Shown: piece by piece, positions 42,749 to 51,435 of the stretch | Layout of the letters: each line of letters opens with the position of its first letter | Numbering within the stretch: the first letter of the stretch is position 1 | From: an uncultured Haloferula sp. | GTDB taxonomy: Bacteria; Verrucomicrobiota; Verrucomicrobiia; Verrucomicrobiales; Akkermansiaceae | NCBI GenBank assembly: GCA_965652295.1 | Contig: CBFGTS010000006.1 | Coordinates: 128,001 to 192,000 of the forward strand | Direction of reading: 5' to 3' | Length of the DNA: 64,000 bases | Made by a program: the position numbers and the translations under genes | Notes under the pieces: model-generated | Database searches by the model: none | Told to the model about the DNA's origin: nothing | The model's input: the letters and a program-made list of their open reading frames with translations, nothing else

Positions 42749-43198
42749 TCACAGCCGGCCTTCCTCCAGGTCGTAGACGTCGAACCAAACGTAGACCGGC
42801 CGGTGTTTCGGCACGCATTCCTCGATGTAGCCCTCGAGGAATTCCTGCAGCTCGTCCTCCATCTCACTGATGCGTTTGTAGCGCAGGTCGTTGTTCCATT
42901 TGATGACCTCCAGTGGCTCGGACTGCTTTGCGTTCGCACGCACCCATTCGGCCATTTCCTCATCGCTCGCCCCATTCTCCACCCGCTCACGGAACGCACC
43001 GGAATCGATGCCCGAGAAGTCGAAGAACATCCGATCGAGCGGGCAGTCGAAATGATACTCTCCCTCCGTGCCCGCACACACCGCCCGGCACTTGTCGAGC
43101 GTCCGGCAGGCCAGCACGTACCCACCCAGCGTCTCGCGCGGGCTCCGGGGAAATTCCTTCGTCAGGTCCTTGGCGTAGGACTTCAATTTCTCGTTCAT
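42749..43198 (-). CDS. DUF5069-like protein
   Basis: PRSPRETLGGY..RTLDK.RA..GEYHFDCPLD..DLEEGR. Confidence 0.75.
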   Translation of the reverse strand: MNEKLKSYAKDLTKEFPRSPRETLGGYVLACRTLDKCRAVCAGTEGEYHFDCPLDRMFFDFSGIDSGAFRERVENGASDEEMAEWVRANAKQSEPLEVIKWNNDLRYKRISEMEDELQEFLEGYIEECVPKHRPVYVWFDVYDLEEGRL

Positions 43199-43204
43199 GG
43201 CCGC

Positions 43205-43654
43205 TCAGTTGTTGAGGATGACTTTCACGTCGATCTTCTCGAATCCGGGCTCCAGCAACCGATAAACCGGGCAGCTCTTGCGCGTTTCTTCCACCGCGTC
43301 ACGGAACTGCTCCTCGTTGAATCCACCCACCATGCCGGCCACTTCCAGAGTCAGCTCATCTACCGCCGGACCGGAGTCGGTGATGTTCAGCGTCACCGCC
43401 GCCGTGACGACGAGTTGCTGCGCGACCGTATCGCGGTCCTGAAGCGTCTTGCTCAGGGCCATGCTGAAACACGACGCCAGCCCGGCGGCGATCAGCTCCT
43501 CCGGATTGGTGTGCTCGTGGTCGCCCTGGCTGGTGCGCTTGGAAAAGGAGAACGGCTGCTTCAGCAGAGCCTGGCTCGCGGTCGTCACCAGACCATGCCC
43601 CTCGCTCAGGTTTCCGTTCCAATCAGCTTCGGCTTTGCGGGTAATCTTCTTCAT
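43205..43654 (-). CDS. osmC: OsmC-family peroxiredoxin
   Basis: A.WNG...G.G, TNPEELIAAGLASCFSMAL, second Cys in KSCPV. Confidence 0.88.
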   Translation of the reverse strand: MKKITRKAEADWNGNLSEGHGLVTTASQALLKQPFSFSKRTSQGDHEHTNPEELIAAGLASCFSMALSKTLQDRDTVAQQLVVTAAVTLNITDSGPAVDELTLEVAGMVGGFNEEQFRDAVEETRKSCPVYRLLEPGFEKIDVKVILNN

Positions 43655-43785
43655 CTTGGTTTTCTGCTGGAATTCGATTCCCGGGCTCATCCTGTGGAGG
43701 CCCGATTTGGCACCCTAGGACCAAAGTGCGCGATGGAAAGCGACTTCTTCAGTGGATCTTCCCACAGCTCGTGCAAGGGTGGAGA

Positions 43786-44049
43786 ATGATGAAGTTCCAG
43801 ATGCTTTTCGCTCCCGAAAGACATGGAGATTCGCTCAAGGGCGGCGGCCACCCCGCCGATGAGAAACTCACCGAAGCCACTGAGATCCGGGAGATGACCG
43901 GCCATTCGGTCGAGGGCCACGCCAAGACCCCGGGGATCGACAAAGGGGTCAAACCCGGCAGCGATCCCGATCCCGAACACTCCGGCAGCGAATCCTCCGA
44001 TCCCATCCGTCCCCGCACCGGCCCCGACTCACCGCAAGCCGGTTCCTGA
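43786..44049 (+). CDS. Small low-complexity hypothetical protein
   Basis: ORF preceded by GGAG, fills the gap divergent from osmC; no recognisable motif. Confidence 0.4.
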   Translation: MMKFQMLFAPERHGDSLKGGGHPADEKLTEATEIREMTGHSVEGHAKTPGIDKGVKPGSDPDPEHSGSESSDPIRPRTGPDSPQAGS

Positions 44050-44057
44050 GGCACGCC

Positions 44058-44942
44058 TCACCCGCGCGGGTGGAACTTCTTGTGAATCGCCTTCAGCCGC
44101 GCGCCATCGACATGGGTGTAGATCTGCGTCGTGGAAATATCCGCGTGCCCCAGCAATTCCTGGATCACCCGCAGGTCCGCGCCGCCCTCGAGCAGATGCG
44201 TGGCAAACGAATGCCGCAGCAGATGGGGGTAGACCTTGAGATCGATCCCCGCCGCCACGGCACGTTCCTTGACGATCTGCCGCACCCGGTCGGGCGAAAG
44301 CGGACCTCCCCGAACGCTGAGGAACACCTCCGATCCCGTTCGCCGCTTCACCAACTCACGCCGTGCTCCGGAAAGATAGGCTTCCAGCGCCTCCCGCGCC
44401 TTGCCGCCCACCGGCACGATCCGCGTCTTGTTGCCTTTTCCCGTGACCCGCAGGAACCGCTCTTCAGCGTCGTACTGCTCCAGCCGTAGTTGGCACAGCT
44501 CGCTGAGCCGGAGCCCGGACGAGTAGAAAAGCTCGAGAATCGCCCGATCCCGCCGGCCCAGCGGTTCGGCCGTATCGATCGATTCCAGCAGCCGCTCGAC
44601 CGTCACCCGGTTCATCGTTTCCGGCAGGTGCTGCTCCGGCCGCGGCGACACCAGAGGCTCCGCCGGATCCATCGGCAACCGCCCGGTCGAGGCGAGCCAG
44701 CGGAAGAACACCTTCAGGTGGACCGAGGAAATCCGCAGCGACGAGGCTGCCAACCCGTCCGCCTTGCGCGAGCCGAGAAAAGCGGAGAGTTCATCGGTGC
44801 CGAGGTCCTCCAAGGGCAGTCGTTTCGAGCGCATCCAAAGACCGAGCGCGTCGAGCGTCTGACGGACCGAGAGCTGGTAGGCATCGGACAGTCCCCGCTC
44901 CGTCGCGAGGTAACGCATGAACCCGTCGATCTCCCCTTCCAC
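44058..44942 (-). CDS. xerD: Tyrosine recombinase XerD/XerC-like
   Basis: YLATERGLS, RDRAILELFYSSGLRLSE, GKGNK, PHLLRHSFATHLL, LLGHADISTTQIYTHV; GTG start 44942. Confidence 0.85.
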   Translation of the reverse strand: MEGEIDGFMRYLATERGLSDAYQLSVRQTLDALGLWMRSKRLPLEDLGTDELSAFLGSRKADGLAASSLRISSVHLKVFFRWLASTGRLPMDPAEPLVSPRPEQHLPETMNRVTVERLLESIDTAEPLGRRDRAILELFYSSGLRLSELCQLRLEQYDAEERFLRVTGKGNKTRIVPVGGKAREALEAYLSGARRELVKRRTGSEVFLSVRGGPLSPDRVRQIVKERAVAAGIDLKVYPHLLRHSFATHLLEGGADLRVIQELLGHADISTTQIYTHVDGARLKAIHKKFHPRG

Positions 44943-45226
44943 CCGGCGAGCATCGCGGATGCATTCCCGATTCGCAATCTTCCGGTGAGTGGATGTTTCC
45001 GCTCCGCCAATTTTGCATCCACCCAAGGTCCGAAGAGCTTTTCTCAATCACGGAAAGGAAGTTCGAGCACCCATCGACGGCATGAAACAACCCTGACGGA
45101 AGGCTCAACGCTACGAGAGTTCTTCGTTAGGTTGTCTTGGAACGAAGCGATACTGATTCCACCATCGGCGCGCCGCCGCTCGAAGCTTCGCTGGACCGCG
45201 GCCACGCCGCCTTTACCATCCCGCTC

Positions 45227-46210
45227 ATGAACCAAAGAACCGTCGGAATCGCGGAGCGGCAGGTGTCGGAGATCGGGCTCGGCTGCTGGCAACTCGGCGG
45301 CTCCGACTGGGGAAATGTCGATGACGCCGCAGCCTTCGCCATCCTCCACACGGCGGCGGATGCCGGCGTCACCTTCCTCGATACCGCCGACGTCTACGGA
45401 AACGGCCGTAGCGAGTCGCTGATCGGCAAGTTCCTCAAGGAACGCGGGAATGACTTCTTTGTCGCCACCAAGCTCGGCCGGATGCCGGATCTGTATCCCG
45501 ACCACTACAGCGAAGCCGGCGTGCGGGCGGCCACCGAGGCCTCGCTCCGGCGACTCGGCGTGGAGACGCTCGACCTGACCCAACTGCACTGCGTCCCGCC
45601 CGCGGTCCTGGAAGACGGGGAGATCTTCGACTGGTTGCGGAAGCTGCGGGACGAAGGCAAGATCCGGAATTTCGGAGCCAGCGTGGAATCGATGACCGAG
45701 GCGGAGATCTGCCTCCGCCAGGAAGGGCTTTGTTCGCTCCAGATCATCTTCAACGTCTTCCGCCAGAAGCCCGCGGAAGCGATCTTCGCCCGGGCCCGGC
45801 AACAACAGGTCGGGATCATCGTGCGACTTCCCCTCGCCAGCGGCCTGCTTTCCGGACGGATGACCGCCGGGCAGAGCTTCGCCGCCAACGACCACCGCAG
45901 CTACAACCGCGACGGCCAGGCCTTCAACGTTGGCGAGACCTTCGCCGGATTGCCTTTCGAAAAGGGAGTCGCTTTGGCCGATGAACTGAAGCCTCTGGTG
46001 CCGGACGGTATGACCATGGCCGACATGGCGCAGCGTTGGATCCTCGACCACGAGGCGGTTTCGACCGTGATCACCGGGGCCTCGCGGCCCGCCCAGGCGA
46101 CTGCCAACGCCCGCGTGTCGACCCTGCCACCGCTGCCCGCCGATCTTCACCGGAGCTTGCGCGGGTTCTATGAAACCGAGGTCGCCCCCCACATCCGCGG
46201 TCCCTATTGA
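45227..46210 (+). CDS. Aldo/keto reductase
   Basis: IGLGCWQLGG, DTADVYG, ATK, LDLTQLH, PLASGLL. Confidence 0.92.
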   Translation: MNQRTVGIAERQVSEIGLGCWQLGGSDWGNVDDAAAFAILHTAADAGVTFLDTADVYGNGRSESLIGKFLKERGNDFFVATKLGRMPDLYPDHYSEAGVRAATEASLRRLGVETLDLTQLHCVPPAVLEDGEIFDWLRKLRDEGKIRNFGASVESMTEAEICLRQEGLCSLQIIFNVFRQKPAEAIFARARQQQVGIIVRLPLASGLLSGRMTAGQSFAANDHRSYNRDGQAFNVGETFAGLPFEKGVALADELKPLVPDGMTMADMAQRWILDHEAVSTVITGASRPAQATANARVSTLPPLPADLHRSLRGFYETEVAPHIRGPY

Positions 46211-46253
46211 TCCTCCGGTTGCGAAAACCCAAGGCGGCACCACACTTCCGCCA

Positions 46254-47186
46254 GTGCCCGATCCATCCGCCGCCCGCCGCTTCGAAGTCGTCCTCAACCG
46301 CGAGTCGGGGACGCTGAAAGATCTCTGGCACGACGATTTCCCGCAGGAACTGGCGGCCGTTTTCCAAATGGAGGGAATCGCCCCAAACATCCGCGTGACG
46401 CGCGGCCGCGAGCTGGATGCCACGCTCGACGCGGCCATGGCCACCCGGCCGCAGGCCCTGATTATCGGCGGCGGCGATGGCACCGTCTCGCACGCCGCGA
46501 GCCGGATGCTCGGCGCGGACATTCCGATCGGCATCCTGCCCTGCGGGACCTTCAATCTGGTCGCGCGGGACCTCGAGGTGCCGCTCGATCCCTTCGAGGC
46601 GGCGCGGGCGCTGGGCACCGCGGAGATCGACGAAGTGGACGTGCTTTCCGCCAACGGCCGCACCGCGCTGTGCAATCTGATGCTCGGCTTTTACCCCCGC
46701 ATGGCGCGACGGCAGGAAGAGTTCCACGGACGGGCGTGGTGGAGGAAATCGGCCCGCATCCTGTGCGACCTGCGCGACGCCTTCTACCGCTGCCCGCCCC
46801 TGATGCTGACCCTGGAAAGCGCCGAGCACGGAGAGATCCATCGCGTCACCCGCTTCGCGGCCTTCGTGCCGGGCGACTTCGACGACATCCTTTCCGTGAT
46901 CCCGAAGCGCATGTCGATGGATGGCGGACGGATCGGCGTGTACGTCTCTAGGCACCGCAGCGCGCTGGCACTGGCGCGGGGGATGGCCGCTTACGTGCTC
47001 GGGCTGATGGAGCGCGAGCCCGGCCTCGAACATTTCCATGCCACGCATCTGACCATCACTTCCGGCCGACGGCATCGGCTGGCGGCCTCGATCGATGGCG
47101 AAATTCTCGACATCTCCCTGCCTCTGCGGCTCGATCTGAGGCCCAAGGCGCTGCGGGTGCTCCGTCCGCGCGCCGAGAACGACTGA
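46254..47186 (+). CDS. Diacylglycerol kinase-family lipid kinase (YegS-like)
   Basis: LNRESG, GGGDGTV, LPCGTFNLVARDL, IDGE; start uncertain. Confidence 0.85.
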   Translation: MPDPSAARRFEVVLNRESGTLKDLWHDDFPQELAAVFQMEGIAPNIRVTRGRELDATLDAAMATRPQALIIGGGDGTVSHAASRMLGADIPIGILPCGTFNLVARDLEVPLDPFEAARALGTAEIDEVDVLSANGRTALCNLMLGFYPRMARRQEEFHGRAWWRKSARILCDLRDAFYRCPPLMLTLESAEHGEIHRVTRFAAFVPGDFDDILSVIPKRMSMDGGRIGVYVSRHRSALALARGMAAYVLGLMEREPGLEHFHATHLTITSGRRHRLAASIDGEILDISLPLRLDLRPKALRVLRPRAEND

Positions 47187-47195
47187 AACTCCGCT

Positions 47196-48011
47196 TTGGC
47201 TTTCTTCATCCAGATTTCCGACCTGCACTTTGGCGCCGAAGTGCCCGCCGCCGTCGATGCACTGCTTGAGACCATCGCCCACACCCACCCGGACGCCGTC
47301 CTTTGCTGTGGCGACTTCACGATGCGCGCGCGACGCTTCGAGTGGCGGGCCGCCCGGGATTTCCTGGAAAAGATCGCCGTCCCCGTGGTCTCGATCCCCG
47401 GCAACCACGACATCCCCGCCGCCAACCAGCCGCTCGACCGCCTGCTCCATCCGTTCCGCCGCTACAAGCGCTTCATATCCGACGACATGGAGCCGCACGC
47501 CAGCTTCGGTGGCCTGGAGGTTTCCGGCATCAACACCGCCCGCCCCTGGGGTTCGTGGCCGACCTTCGATTGGTCGCACGGCGCGGTGAGCGTGGCCCAA
47601 TGCGCGGCGCTGCCCTTCAAGTTCACCTCGCACGCCGGCATGCGCGCCGTGATGATCCACCACCCGCTGCGCGGCGAGGCTGGCCAGACCCGGAAGCTGT
47701 TGCGAAAAAACGGGCTGCTGCTCGCCGCCATGGCCTCCGCGAAGGTCGATCTACTACTGGCAGGCCATTTCCACCGCTCCTATATCGACGTGATGCCGCT
47801 GCCGGTCGGCGAGGGCAACATCGTCCTTTCCCATGTCTCCACCGCCTGCTCCCGCCGGACGAAAGGCGAACCCATGGGTTTCCACGGCATCGAGACCGGC
47901 GAGAATTCGGTGACAATCACGCAGTACTGCTTCAACGACGGGAAGTTCGAGATCGCCTCCACTCATCTCTTCCATCGCGAGGAGAATGTTTGGTCGAAGC
48001 AGGGTGCCTGA
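47196..48011 (+). CDS. Calcineurin-like metallophosphoesterase
   Basis: SDLHFG, GD, PGNHD, HHP, GHFH. Confidence 0.9.
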   Translation: MAFFIQISDLHFGAEVPAAVDALLETIAHTHPDAVLCCGDFTMRARRFEWRAARDFLEKIAVPVVSIPGNHDIPAANQPLDRLLHPFRRYKRFISDDMEPHASFGGLEVSGINTARPWGSWPTFDWSHGAVSVAQCAALPFKFTSHAGMRAVMIHHPLRGEAGQTRKLLRKNGLLLAAMASAKVDLLLAGHFHRSYIDVMPLPVGEGNIVLSHVSTACSRRTKGEPMGFHGIETGENSVTITQYCFNDGKFEIASTHLFHREENVWSKQGA

Positions 48012-48053
48012 AGCGTATCGACTCCCGCCCGCAAAGAATCAGTTAGGACACCC

Positions 48054-48136
48054 GGAGCGGCGAAACGCGTTCGCCGGAACCCGCCAGAGAAGACCGCCCT
48101 CAGGGACCACTCCCGGCGGACATGTTCCGCCGTTCC
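48054..48136. repeat. Inverted REP-like doublet
   Basis: GGAG-CGGCGAA-ACGCG-TTCGCCG on +, and GGAA-CGGCGGA-ACATG-TCCGCCG on -. Confidence 0.6.
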
Positions 48137-48344
48137 TTTCCCCCGCGACCGTCCTCGCACGTCCGCAACCGCTTCTCCTATAACCCACAGCTTCAGACTG
48201 GCGCTCTTTCCACCAAAATCAGGTTCCGACCGACGAACAAAAGGAAGTATTTCATGGCTCCGCTCGAAGAGCCGGAAGCGGGGTCTCAATCTGGCATGAA
48301 GATCAGATCCAAAAGCTCGTCCAGCAAAAGAACCGGTAATTCTT

Positions 48345-48381
48345 TCTGTAAATTTGCAGAATCGGTTGCATCCCATATTAT
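48345..48381 (+). promoter_or_regulatory. sigma70-like promoter with an overlapping palindromic operator
   Basis: TTGCAG (48354-59)-16 nt-TATTAT (48376-81); near-perfect palindrome TCTGTAAATTTGCAGA (48345-60). Confidence 0.55.
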
Positions 48382-48418
48382 TCCCGCTACCGTGGGTTCG
48401 AATCCCGCCAGATCCGAA

Positions 48419-48823
48419 ATGAGCACCAGTATTCGCAGAGCCACGCTTCCTCCATCCACCGCCGGAAGCGGTTGGCGCAAGGGTGACCATCCACCAACGA
48501 AGGGCCTCATTCAGACTCTGCGAGAGGATTACGGAGTAACTCAGAACCTGATGGTCCGCCTGTCGGGCTACTCCCCTCGCTCGATCGCAAACTGGGCAAG
48601 TGGGACCAAGGCCACCAAGCCGGCGACAACAAAGTTCATGGAACTGACGAGGCTCTTCAGCGCTCTCGCCGAAATGGCTCAGAGCCCGAAAGACGTGATC
48701 CAGTGGCTTCAGGAGCCCAACGAGGCCTTTGATGGCTCAACACCTTTGCAAGTCATTGAACGGGGCGAGTCGGACCGTATCTGGCGGATGATCTACTTCC
48801 TGCGCTCCGGCGAGCCTCTCTGA
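48419..48823 (+). CDS. Xre/MbcA/ParS-family antitoxin (HTH plus DUF2384-like C-terminus), orphan
   Basis: HTH LREDYGVTQNLMVRLSGYSPRSIANW; C-terminal WLQEPNEAFDGSTPLQVIERG. Confidence 0.8.
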   Translation: MSTSIRRATLPPSTAGSGWRKGDHPPTKGLIQTLREDYGVTQNLMVRLSGYSPRSIANWASGTKATKPATTKFMELTRLFSALAEMAQSPKDVIQWLQEPNEAFDGSTPLQVIERGESDRIWRMIYFLRSGEPL

Positions 48824-48954
48824 CGATTTCTGTCTCAAGGATCCATTCCGGCTCGTGTTTCTATGAGAAGGAAGCTCAGCCGATCTGACGCAGGGGCGGG
48901 AAAAGACGGCTGCCGGGCTCGTGGAACGGGGGCGTCCCACCTCCAAAGTGAGAC

Positions 48955-49302
48955 TCACCCGATCGCCGCCTCCCACTCGGCTTCCTTGAAGCCGGTGAGG
49001 CCGATGCCGTTCCCCACGACGAACGGGCGCTTCACGAGGTTGCCGTGACGGGAAAGCAGGTCGAAGGCCTCGGCCTCGCTCATGGCGGCCAGGCGGTCCT
49101 TCAAATTCAGCTCGCGGTAATCACCTCCAGCGGTGTTGAAGAGGCGCTTCAGGTCTCCCATGGCCTCGCGCACTTGCTTCAGCTCCGCCACCGTCGGCGG
49201 GGTTTCGCGAATGGCAATCGGCTCGTAGGTGAGGCCTCGGGCGTCGAGCCATTTCAGGGCTTTCCGGCAGGTATCGCAGCCGCGGTAGACGTACACTTTC
49301 AT
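48955..49302 (-). CDS. ArsC/Spx (YffB-like) family protein
   Basis: CDTCRKA, LFNTAG, NLVKRP; ATGA overlap with folB. Confidence 0.88.
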   Translation of the reverse strand: MKVYVYRGCDTCRKALKWLDARGLTYEPIAIRETPPTVAELKQVREAMGDLKRLFNTAGGDYRELNLKDRLAAMSEAEAFDLLSRHGNLVKRPFVVGNGIGLTGFKEAEWEAAIG

Positions 49303-49661
49303 GAAGACGGGCGTTCTCTTTCCAGGCTCACGCCGACCCACTCGGTTTGGGGCAGGATGAATTTCCGGATCCGCACCTTCACCGCGACGGCACCGAAGCT
49401 GTCCAGCACCAGGTCCGCGATTTCATCGGCCAGGGTTTCCACCAGCTTGCGCTCTCCTTCCGCGGCGAGCTTCTCCACGGCCAGCGAGACGGCGTGGTAG
49501 TCGATCGTCCGGCCGACGTCTTCGGCCATGTCGGCGAAATCCGTCGCCGGGCGCATGTCGAGGTCGATCTTCAACATCTGCGAACCGGCCCGTTCTTCAT
49601 CGGGCACGCCGATGCGGGTGAAGATCTCCAACCCGCGGACATGGATCCATGCGGCATTCAT
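49299..49661 (-). CDS. folB: Dihydroneopterin aldolase
   Basis: IGVPDEER..Q, TIDY, LVETLA, RK..VGV. Confidence 0.9.
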   Translation of the reverse strand: MNAAWIHVRGLEIFTRIGVPDEERAGSQMLKIDLDMRPATDFADMAEDVGRTIDYHAVSLAVEKLAAEGERKLVETLADEIADLVLDSFGAVAVKVRIRKFILPQTEWVGVSLERERPSS

Positions 49662-50695
49662 GATTCGGGGCCGCCGAGGACTTCCTCGATCAGGCGGCGG
49701 GTCGGTTGGTTAAGGTCCAGCTCCAGGGCTTCCTCCGGCGTCAGCCAGCGGAATTCCTCGGCTTCGTCGTTGAGCACCACCTCGCCGGAAATACGGCGGG
49801 CGACGTAGTTGAGCAGCAGGAAGTGCTCGGGCCGTTCGAATTCGTCGGAGTCGATGCAGTCCTGCACCATCACGAAGACCGGGGCGGCGACATCCAGGCC
49901 GGTTTCCTCGCGGATCTCGCGCACCAGGGCGGCGGCGGCGCTTTCGCCGCGCTCGATCTTCCCGCCGGGGATCCCCCAGCGATGGCCCCACTTGTGGGTT
50001 TTCACCATCAGCACGCGACCTTCCTCGTCCTCGATCAGGGCACCGACGGTGGCAACCGGCCGCTGTTTCTCGCCCGGGCGCTCCATCAGGCGGCGCAGTC
50101 CGTCGAGGTCCTGCACGGTGAGGTGCGGCCTCGCCAGCGCCAGCGCGCCGGCGTGGGTGTAACCGGTGAGCACCGCCACGGAAGTGAGCTGCGCGTGGTG
50201 CGCGGTCTCCACATCGTGGGTCATGTCACCGACGAAGGCAGTCTGGGAAGGAAGCAGGGCGTGGCGCTCGATGATTTCCAGAATGACCTCGCGTTTGTCG
50301 AGGACGCCGGAGTAGGTGGCTTCGAAATACGGGCCGAGGCCGAATTCCTCAAGCTGCCCGTGGAAGGCGTCGGAGTCCATGCTGGTCAGGACGAAGCAGC
50401 GGATGCCGCGCCGCCGGCACCATTCGAGTTTTTCCCGGGCATGGGGCAGCACGGTGACTTTTTCCAGTGATCCGGAAAAGGCCCTGCGGAAATGCACCTC
50501 GAGCTTGGCGAGCGGCACGGCGGGCAGCATTTCCTCGTAGAACTCGCGGTAGGGCAGCCGGAACCGTTGGCGGAAGGCCTCGCGATCGAGCGGCGGCAGA
50601 CCGTAGACGGCCAGCACCCGGTTGGTGGCATCGAGCACCGGCGGGAGGTCGTCCACCAGCGTGCCGGACCAGTCGAAGATGATATTTTGAAACAT
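49658..50695 (-). CDS. HAD hydrolase-NUDIX hydrolase fusion
   Basis: HAD IFDWSGTL, LTS, K, VGDMTHD; NUDIX box GGKIERGESAAAALVREIREETG. Confidence 0.88.
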   Translation of the reverse strand: MFQNIIFDWSGTLVDDLPPVLDATNRVLAVYGLPPLDREAFRQRFRLPYREFYEEMLPAVPLAKLEVHFRRAFSGSLEKVTVLPHAREKLEWCRRRGIRCFVLTSMDSDAFHGQLEEFGLGPYFEATYSGVLDKREVILEIIERHALLPSQTAFVGDMTHDVETAHHAQLTSVAVLTGYTHAGALALARPHLTVQDLDGLRRLMERPGEKQRPVATVGALIEDEEGRVLMVKTHKWGHRWGIPGGKIERGESAAAALVREIREETGLDVAAPVFVMVQDCIDSDEFERPEHFLLLNYVARRISGEVVLNDEAEEFRWLTPEEALELDLNQPTRRLIEEVLGGPES

Positions 50696-51066
50696 CAGCC
50701 GAGAGAGAAACGGATCGACTTCACTTTTCCCTCGCCGAGGGAGGCGCGCAGGTTGGTGAGCAGCCTGCCTTTCATCTGCTCAAGCTGGAAGCGCATCGCG
50801 GGCTGGAGCACCTTGAGGGTGAGGCAGCCGTTTTTCAGCGACTCCGGAGATGCATGGCGGGCGACGAGATCGCCGGCGATTTCGCGCCAGAGCTCGCGGA
50901 GGCGTTCCTCGTCGATGCCCTCGGCGGCACCGACCTGGTTCAGGATCGCCGCCAGGAATTCATCCGGCCGATGGACTCCGGCGTCCGGGTGTTTCGGCTC
51001 CTCGCCGCCCCGCCACTCGGCGAGGATGGCGCGACGGAGCCGGGACATCCGGTCACCCCTGGCCAT
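50695..51066 (-). CDS. DUF721/DciA-family protein
   Basis: LWREIAGDLVARHASP..LKNGCLTLKV..KSIRF; start 51066 or 51048. Confidence 0.8.
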   Translation of the reverse strand: MARGDRMSRLRRAILAEWRGGEEPKHPDAGVHRPDEFLAAILNQVGAAEGIDEERLRELWREIAGDLVARHASPESLKNGCLTLKVLQPAMRFQLEQMKGRLLTNLRASLGEGKVKSIRFSLG

Positions 51067-51067
51067 A

Positions 51068-51304
51068 TCACGCGTCGCCGTCGTCGCCGATGGCTTCGAC
51101 CGGGCAGCCCTCCATGGCCTCGCGGCATTGGGATTCCTCCTCGGCGTTCTCCGGTTGCTTGTAAACGTACGAGTAGCCTTCGTCGTCGGAGCGGGTGAAA
51201 TTGTTCGGCGCGGTCTCGCGGCAGAGGTCACAGTCGATGCACTGGGAATCGACGTAGAACTTGCCTCCGATGTTTTCCTCGTTTTTGTCTTCGCGGTCAG
51301 CCAT
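51068..51304 (-). CDS. Ferredoxin (single cluster)
   Basis: CIDCDLC...CPVEAIG. Confidence 0.92.
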   Translation of the reverse strand: MADREDKNEENIGGKFYVDSQCIDCDLCRETAPNNFTRSDDEGYSYVYKQPENAEEESQCREAMEGCPVEAIGDDGDA

Positions 51305-51435
51305 GGTGTGTGGGTCCGGGTTCCTTGGCCTGTGAATCGCGCCAGCGGGCCCGGCGTGCAAACCTTTTCCGTGCTAGCGGGGCGTTCGTTTCCACTGGCC
51401 AAGAGAGCGGCCGATTCCTATCACCGGCTCGTCCC

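Noticed and set aside
44058..44942. Integrase of a prophage or ICE
   Set aside because: Typical housekeeping XerD/XerC size and motifs; no phage or conjugation genes nearby
45052..45072. Resemblance of GGAAAGGAAGTTCGAGCACC to the RNase P P4 5' strand
   Set aside because: Imperfect match, no 3' P4 motif, and the intergenic space is too short
48330..48420. Complete tRNA gene
   Set aside because: Only a T-arm-like segment is present; no complementary acceptor 5' strand, D arm or anticodon arm
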